64,000 nt of DNA from the human T2T-CHM13v2.0 reference genome, Homo sapiens. This document shows positions 50,439-64,000 of the stretch, in pieces. The stretch is from NCBI RefSeq assembly GCF_009914755.1, contig NC_060947.1. One strand, 5' to 3'. Below the pieces are notes generated by a model. The model saw only the letters and a program-made list of their open reading frames with translations. It had not been told where the DNA came from and made no database searches. The position numbers and the translations under genes were made by a program. Numbering within the stretch: the first letter of the stretch is position 1; each line of letters begins with the position of its first letter.

Positions 50439-51031
50439 TGAGAGTAGTATGTATATCCATTATATATTCTGGATGTGAGTCCTTTCTTGGATATGTGGTT
50501 TGCAAGCACTCTCTCCCAGGTCATAACCTGTTTTTTCATCCTTTTAAAAAGATTTCTTGCAGAGCACAAGTTTTAAATTGGATGAAATCTAATTTATTTT
50601 TTTCCTTATGGATTATGCTTTTTGAACCGTTCACTATGCCCTAGATCTCAGATGTTTCTCCTATATTTTATTGTAAAAGTTTTCTTTTAGTTTTATATTT
50701 TAGATTTAAATCTATGATCCACTTGAGTTACTTTCTTGTATAAAGGTATGAAAATTAGGTCTTTTTTTTTTGGCCTATGTCTACAACATCTTCAGCACCA
50801 TTTGTTCAGCAGACAATCCTTCCTTCTTTTTGTCTCTTGGTAAAAAATCAGTGTGGGGCTATTTCTAGGTTCTCTATTTTGTTCCAGTGATCTATGCGTC
50901 TATTCTTCTCCCAGTACTACACAGTCTTGATTCCTATAGCTATATAAAAAGTATTGAAATATGAAAGAGCCATTCCTCCCACCTTATTCTTCTTTTTCAA
51001 AAATTGTCTTAGCTATATAAATATTTTTTGA

Positions 51032-51244
<213 letters not shown>

Positions 51245-54200
51245 TGAAGCGATCTGCCCATCTCGGCCTTCCAAAGTGCTGGTATTACAGGCGTGAGCCA
51301 CCACTCCCAGCGTTGTCTTAGCTATTGACAATTTGTTACAGCAACAATCAAAAATGAATATACGTAGAAACAGATTAGTGTAACTAAATAGAAAGTCAAG
51401 AAACAGACTAATTTATATACCAACTTCAGCATGCATTTCCAAACAAACAGTGGGCAAAAGATGGGTTGTATAATAAAGGATTGGTGACAAGTGTCTATCC
51501 ATTTGAAAAAATGAAGATTAAATCCTTACTCTGAACCACATAAAATAATAAATTCTAAATGTTCAGAGACATAAATGTGAAAATGTGAAGTCATAAAGAA
51601 CTAGATGAAAATTCAGGAAAATATTACAGTGTAAGACATCTTGAATTGGCATAAGCAATTCCTGACATTACACCAAGGCTATAAACAATTAATCTGACAT
51701 AGTTAAAGATGTAAAAATTAAAGTATCATCTAAGTCAAAAGACACCATAAACAACCGTTTAAAAAGGCAAATTTTAGGCGGGGCGGGGTGGCTCACGCCT
51801 ATAATCCCAGCACTTTAGGGGGCTGAGGAGGGCGGATCATGAGGTCAGGGGATCAACACCATCCTGGCTACCACGACGAAACCTCGTCTCTAATAAAAAT
51901 ACAAAAAATTAGCCAGGCACGGTAGCACGCGCCTGTAGTCTCAGCTACTCAGGAACCTGAGGCAGGAGAATCGCTTGAACACGGGAGGCAGAGGTTGTAA
52001 ATTTAAGAGGAAGGAGAAGATTTCAATAAGCAATGGTGAGGAGAAAAATACTAGAATTTATTGAAAAGTGTAAAGTTTAGATTGTAAATTAAAAAAATTA
52101 TAGTCTTGAACTAAATTTGCAGGTATTATAAACATGGAAGATGGGAGGAGGGACAGAAAAGAAAAGAGAAGTTATTTTGGTGTTCAAGGAATGCATACAG
52201 ATACTAATGAATGATAGAATGGTAGAATGGTTAAAAACACGAGCATTTTATTTTGTTTTATTTTAGACAGGGCCTCACTCTGGTGCCCAGGCTAGAGTTC
52301 CATAGCACAATCGTGGCTCAATGAAGCCCCAGCCTCCTCAGCTCAAGTGATCCTCCTGCCTCAGCCTCCCATGTGGCTGGGACTTCAGGTATGAACCACC
52401 ACCCCTGGCTAATTAATTTTTTTTTGGTAGAGACAGGGTCTTGCTATGTTGCCCAGGCTGACCTTGAACTCTTGTCCTCAAGCAATCCTCCCAACTCTGC
52501 CTCTCAAAGTGGTGGGATTATAGGAGTGAGTCACTGTGCCCACTTAACACTAGTATTTTAGAGTACAAACTCTGGAACCAGACAGCTTGGGTTCAGTTTC
52601 TGGCTTCCCAACTTATTAAGCTATGTGACCTTGTGTAAGTCATATAACCTTTCCGTGTTTCAGGCTACTCCAGAGTAAACTGGGGATAACCACACTATCT
52701 AGCTCATTTGATTGCTATGATTAAATGGGCAAGTACGTGTAAAGCACTTAGAATAGTGCCTGTCATGTGGTTAAGTTAGTATATATCTTTTACTTGTTGT
52801 TAGTAATGACTTCAAATTACTTTTAAAATGTAAAGGCATATCTGGTTCAAGAAGAAGATGGTGAACCAGGAATAGCTGCTGGCTTCCTTCCCAAACCCAA
52901 CCCTGCAGATGCCACAGAAGAGGTGGGAAGTGGTTGGAGTTCAGAACAGTTCCTGTAACAAAACCCTTGATGGTTTGGCCCCACTGGGGGATGAGACGGC
53001 TTAGAGTGGGAAAAGGTCAGAGGCCACAGATGGAGGATCAGCCCAGGTGGAGCTTTCTAAGTTGCATTCTTGTTTTCTCCTTGTTTTCTGGAAGGCTTAT
53101 TACCTGTTCTGTAAACATATAGAGCAGACATTTGGCAGGGCTGGCCTAGTGCTAGCCCAAAGTGGCGTGATAACATTAAGGAATAGGGGGCTTGGAAAGC
53201 TCCTAGAAAAAGTGCAGACTCATCAAAGCTGGCCAGTAACTGAGCATTCCTTTCCTACCTCTTCCTCTGCCCTCTGAGCTAGGCAATTACAACCAATATC
53301 ACCCACCCGTAGACTCCCTCCACTCTGTAAGGCAGAAATCCTGTAAGCATCTCTGGGGGCTAATAGGCTAGGAACTGGAAAGAATTGGCTCAGCTCAGCT
53401 CAGCTCTAGAGGCTGTGTATCCTATGACCTATCAATCCAGAAACCCTGAAACTCACATGTAGTTTCTGGGGTGACACATTTTTCCCAGGGACAAAGAGTT
53501 ATATAGAAAAACTATCAGATAGGCCAGGCGCGGTGGCTCATGCCTGTAATCCCAGCACTTTGGAAGGCCTGAGGTCAGGAGTTCGAGAACAGCCTGGCCA
53601 ACACGGGAAACTCTGTCTCTTCTAAAAGTACAAAAATTAGCTCGGTGTGGTGGTGTGCAACGGTAGCCCCAGCTACTCGGGAGGCTGAGGCAGTAGAATC
53701 GCTTGAACCCGAGAGTCGGAGGTTATAGTGAGCCAGGATTATGCCACTGCACCCCAGCCTGAGTGACAAAGTGAGACTCTGTCTCAAAAAAAAAAAAATT
53801 CCTTTCTTTCAACACTTTGGAGTTATTACACCATTGTATCCTTGCCTCCAGTGTGGTGTTTGAGAGACCCAATGTCAGTTTAATTATTTTTCCTCTGTAA
53901 GTAACCTGCTATTTCTCTCTGATCGTTTTAAAACTACTTTTTCTTCCTTTCACAATTTTACATTTCACTGATCCTGTGTGTGTGTGTACTTATAAATACC
54001 TTTAAATCTTAAGTCATTTTTCTAAATCTGAGAAATTCTCTTTCATTACTTATTTCAGTACACTCTCTTGTTTAATGACTATATTCTCTTCTTATAAGGC
54101 TACTATTAGATGTGTTTTGACATTTATTCTTTTATCCTCCCTATTAATTAACTTTTCTTTCATTTACTTCATCTGTATCCATTACCGATTAGTTTTATGA

Positions 54201-55345
54201 ATTCTTTAGACTCATTTCCTCAGGTCAGCCTTTGCCTTTTCAACTATATCCGTTTTAATATCCAACCTATTTCACTGAATTATTTATTTGAGCATTTAAT
54301 GTTTTCATATCCAATCTATCCAATAGGTTATTTTTTATTTATTTATTTATGATGGAGTCTCGCTCTGTCACCCAGGCTGGAGTGCAGTGGCGTGATCTTG
54401 GCTCAATGCACCTCGCCTCCCGAGTCCGAGCAGTTCTCCTGTCTCAGTAGATAATTAAAAAAAAAAAAAAGCTGCATTTGGTGGTGTGTACCTGTAGTCC
54501 CAGCCACTCAGGAGGCTGGTGCAGGAAGATTGCTTGGGCCCTGGAGTTTGAGGCTGCAGTGAGCTAGGATTGGGTCACCGCACTCTAGCCTGAGTGACAA
54601 AATGAGACTTTGTCTCTGAAAATTAAAAAAAAAAAAAAAGATCGTAGGCACGATTTTACTCAGAAGGGGGAGTAATATGAGATGTACACGGGCCACTGCA
54701 ATGGGTTTTTGTGGTAGGAGAGATATTGGGATCGACTTGGACTCCACCAAGGACAAGTGGGGATTTATAGTCAAGAGCAGGGTGGTGGGGAGCAGGGTCA
54801 GAAGATGGGAAATTACTTGGAGGAGACATCAGGTGCAGGGGGATTCTGGCTAAACAGAGTTGACAGGAATTTTGCTGAAACAGGCTTAATGGGCAGAGTC
54901 CCTGGATGGGGAGGTGTGAGCCACCTCACCTGGCCAACAGGCTATGTTTAATATGTCAGTTTTCATAAGTAATCTAGGTATAATTGTTAAAAATGAATAA
55001 ACGAGGTAAATGTGAGATACATGTTTATAAATGAACTTTTCATGTAATTGGAAATCTTTTTTCTCTTGCTCTTATCATAGGAAGATGAAATATTAAAGTT
55101 ATGTTGTGTTAGATTAAGTAATAGGTACTCATTAAATGTCGGGATCTTTCCAACTAAGAAAACAGCTGAAACAAATCGCTAAACATAAATACAAGTTTGT
55201 TCTTGGCCCTTAAGTTTTATAAAACACAAAAGATACTTGGATCCATTAATAAAATGCCCTGTTCTACATTGAAAATTGTTCTGGCTGGGTGTGGTGGCTC
55301 ACGCCTGTAATCCCAGCACTTTGGGAGGCTGAGGCGGGTGGGTCA

Positions 55346-55591
<246 letters not shown>

Positions 55592-55758
55592 TTAAAAGTT
55601 CTTAGTATATGTAGTTCCATATACAAAATATACAGAAAACAATTTTTATATCAAAAAATTTTGTGTGGTCTGAGTGATAAATATATTTTTATCCTAAAAC
55701 AAAATGATTGGTTGCCTTAGCATAAAAAAAAATAGTTTAGCCCAGGTGCAGTGGCTCA

Positions 55759-63480
<7,722 letters not shown>

Positions 63481-64000
63481 TGGAAATCTTTACCAACAAA
63501 GAAAAATTCTGATGTATTCTCTTTCAGTTGAATGTCCTCAGATGACTTTCGGCAGACTCTAGAGAATCTTCCCGAAGGTGAGTATCTCTCAAATCTAAAT
63601 GACCAGAGAACCTTTGTCCCTCCATGGATGCGAAAACTGGTAAGAGTGGGAGAATATCAAAAATGCCCTCACTGCCTCCTTTTTCCCATGTCTATCACAA
63701 CACCTGATGTAGCATTGACGGCTTGATAACACTGACAGTTGTAATCCTTAACACTTCTTTTGTTTTCATAGTGATGCCAGATATTCTAAGCAGGTTACAT
63801 GGATTAATTTATTTAATCCTTAAGAATACGTCTATGACGTTGTTTCTATTATTATCTCCAAATAATGTCTCATACATTTCAGTTGTCATCCACACAAAAG
63901 CCATGTGACTTGGCGCAAATCTTCTAAGTTCTCTGAGCTCCAGACTCCTGGGCCATGAAATGGAAGTAAAGAATCATAGTTCATGTTTTAGATCATAGTT
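63481..64000 (+). pseudogene. 5'-truncated SSX pseudogene (probably SSXP5): exon 5 homolog 63528-63577 plus flanking introns
   Basis: Colinear with 19010-19540. The exon reads ECPQMTFGRL*RIFPK with an in-frame TAG at 63560-63562. It is joined upstream to a truncated Alu. Confidence 0.9.

Overview
Human genomic DNA, Alu-rich, from the Xp11.22 SSX (synovial sarcoma X, cancer-testis) cluster. Locus and gene names come from recognising the translated exons; no database was consulted. The window holds four SSX units in alternating orientation. (1) An SSX pseudogene on - (exons 2-4 at 1351-2592, continuing off the left edge) with a dead splice donor, a frameshift and a deleted promoter. (2) SSX8P on + (~13940-24760) with a 1-bp insertion that removes the SSXRD domain. 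(3) SSX7 on - (~34865-45610) with an intact 188-aa CDS. (4) A 5'-truncated SSX pseudogene on + starting at 63481. Also present are two fragments of a processed OAT pseudogene, a 5S rRNA pseudogene, Tigger1, L1, MaLR and ERV1 LTRs, and many Alus. Almost the whole window is nested direct and inverted segmental duplication. The most notable structure is that SSX8P and SSX7 carry the same ~650-bp promoter cassette in the same genomic orientation although the genes point in opposite directions, so the two paralogs appear to use opposite strands of one bidirectional promoter with unrelated first exons. In SSX7 the unused side is occupied by the OAT retrocopy. Most ORFs in the supplied track are Alu or microsatellite artefacts. 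I see no prokaryotic-type system such as a CRISPR array.
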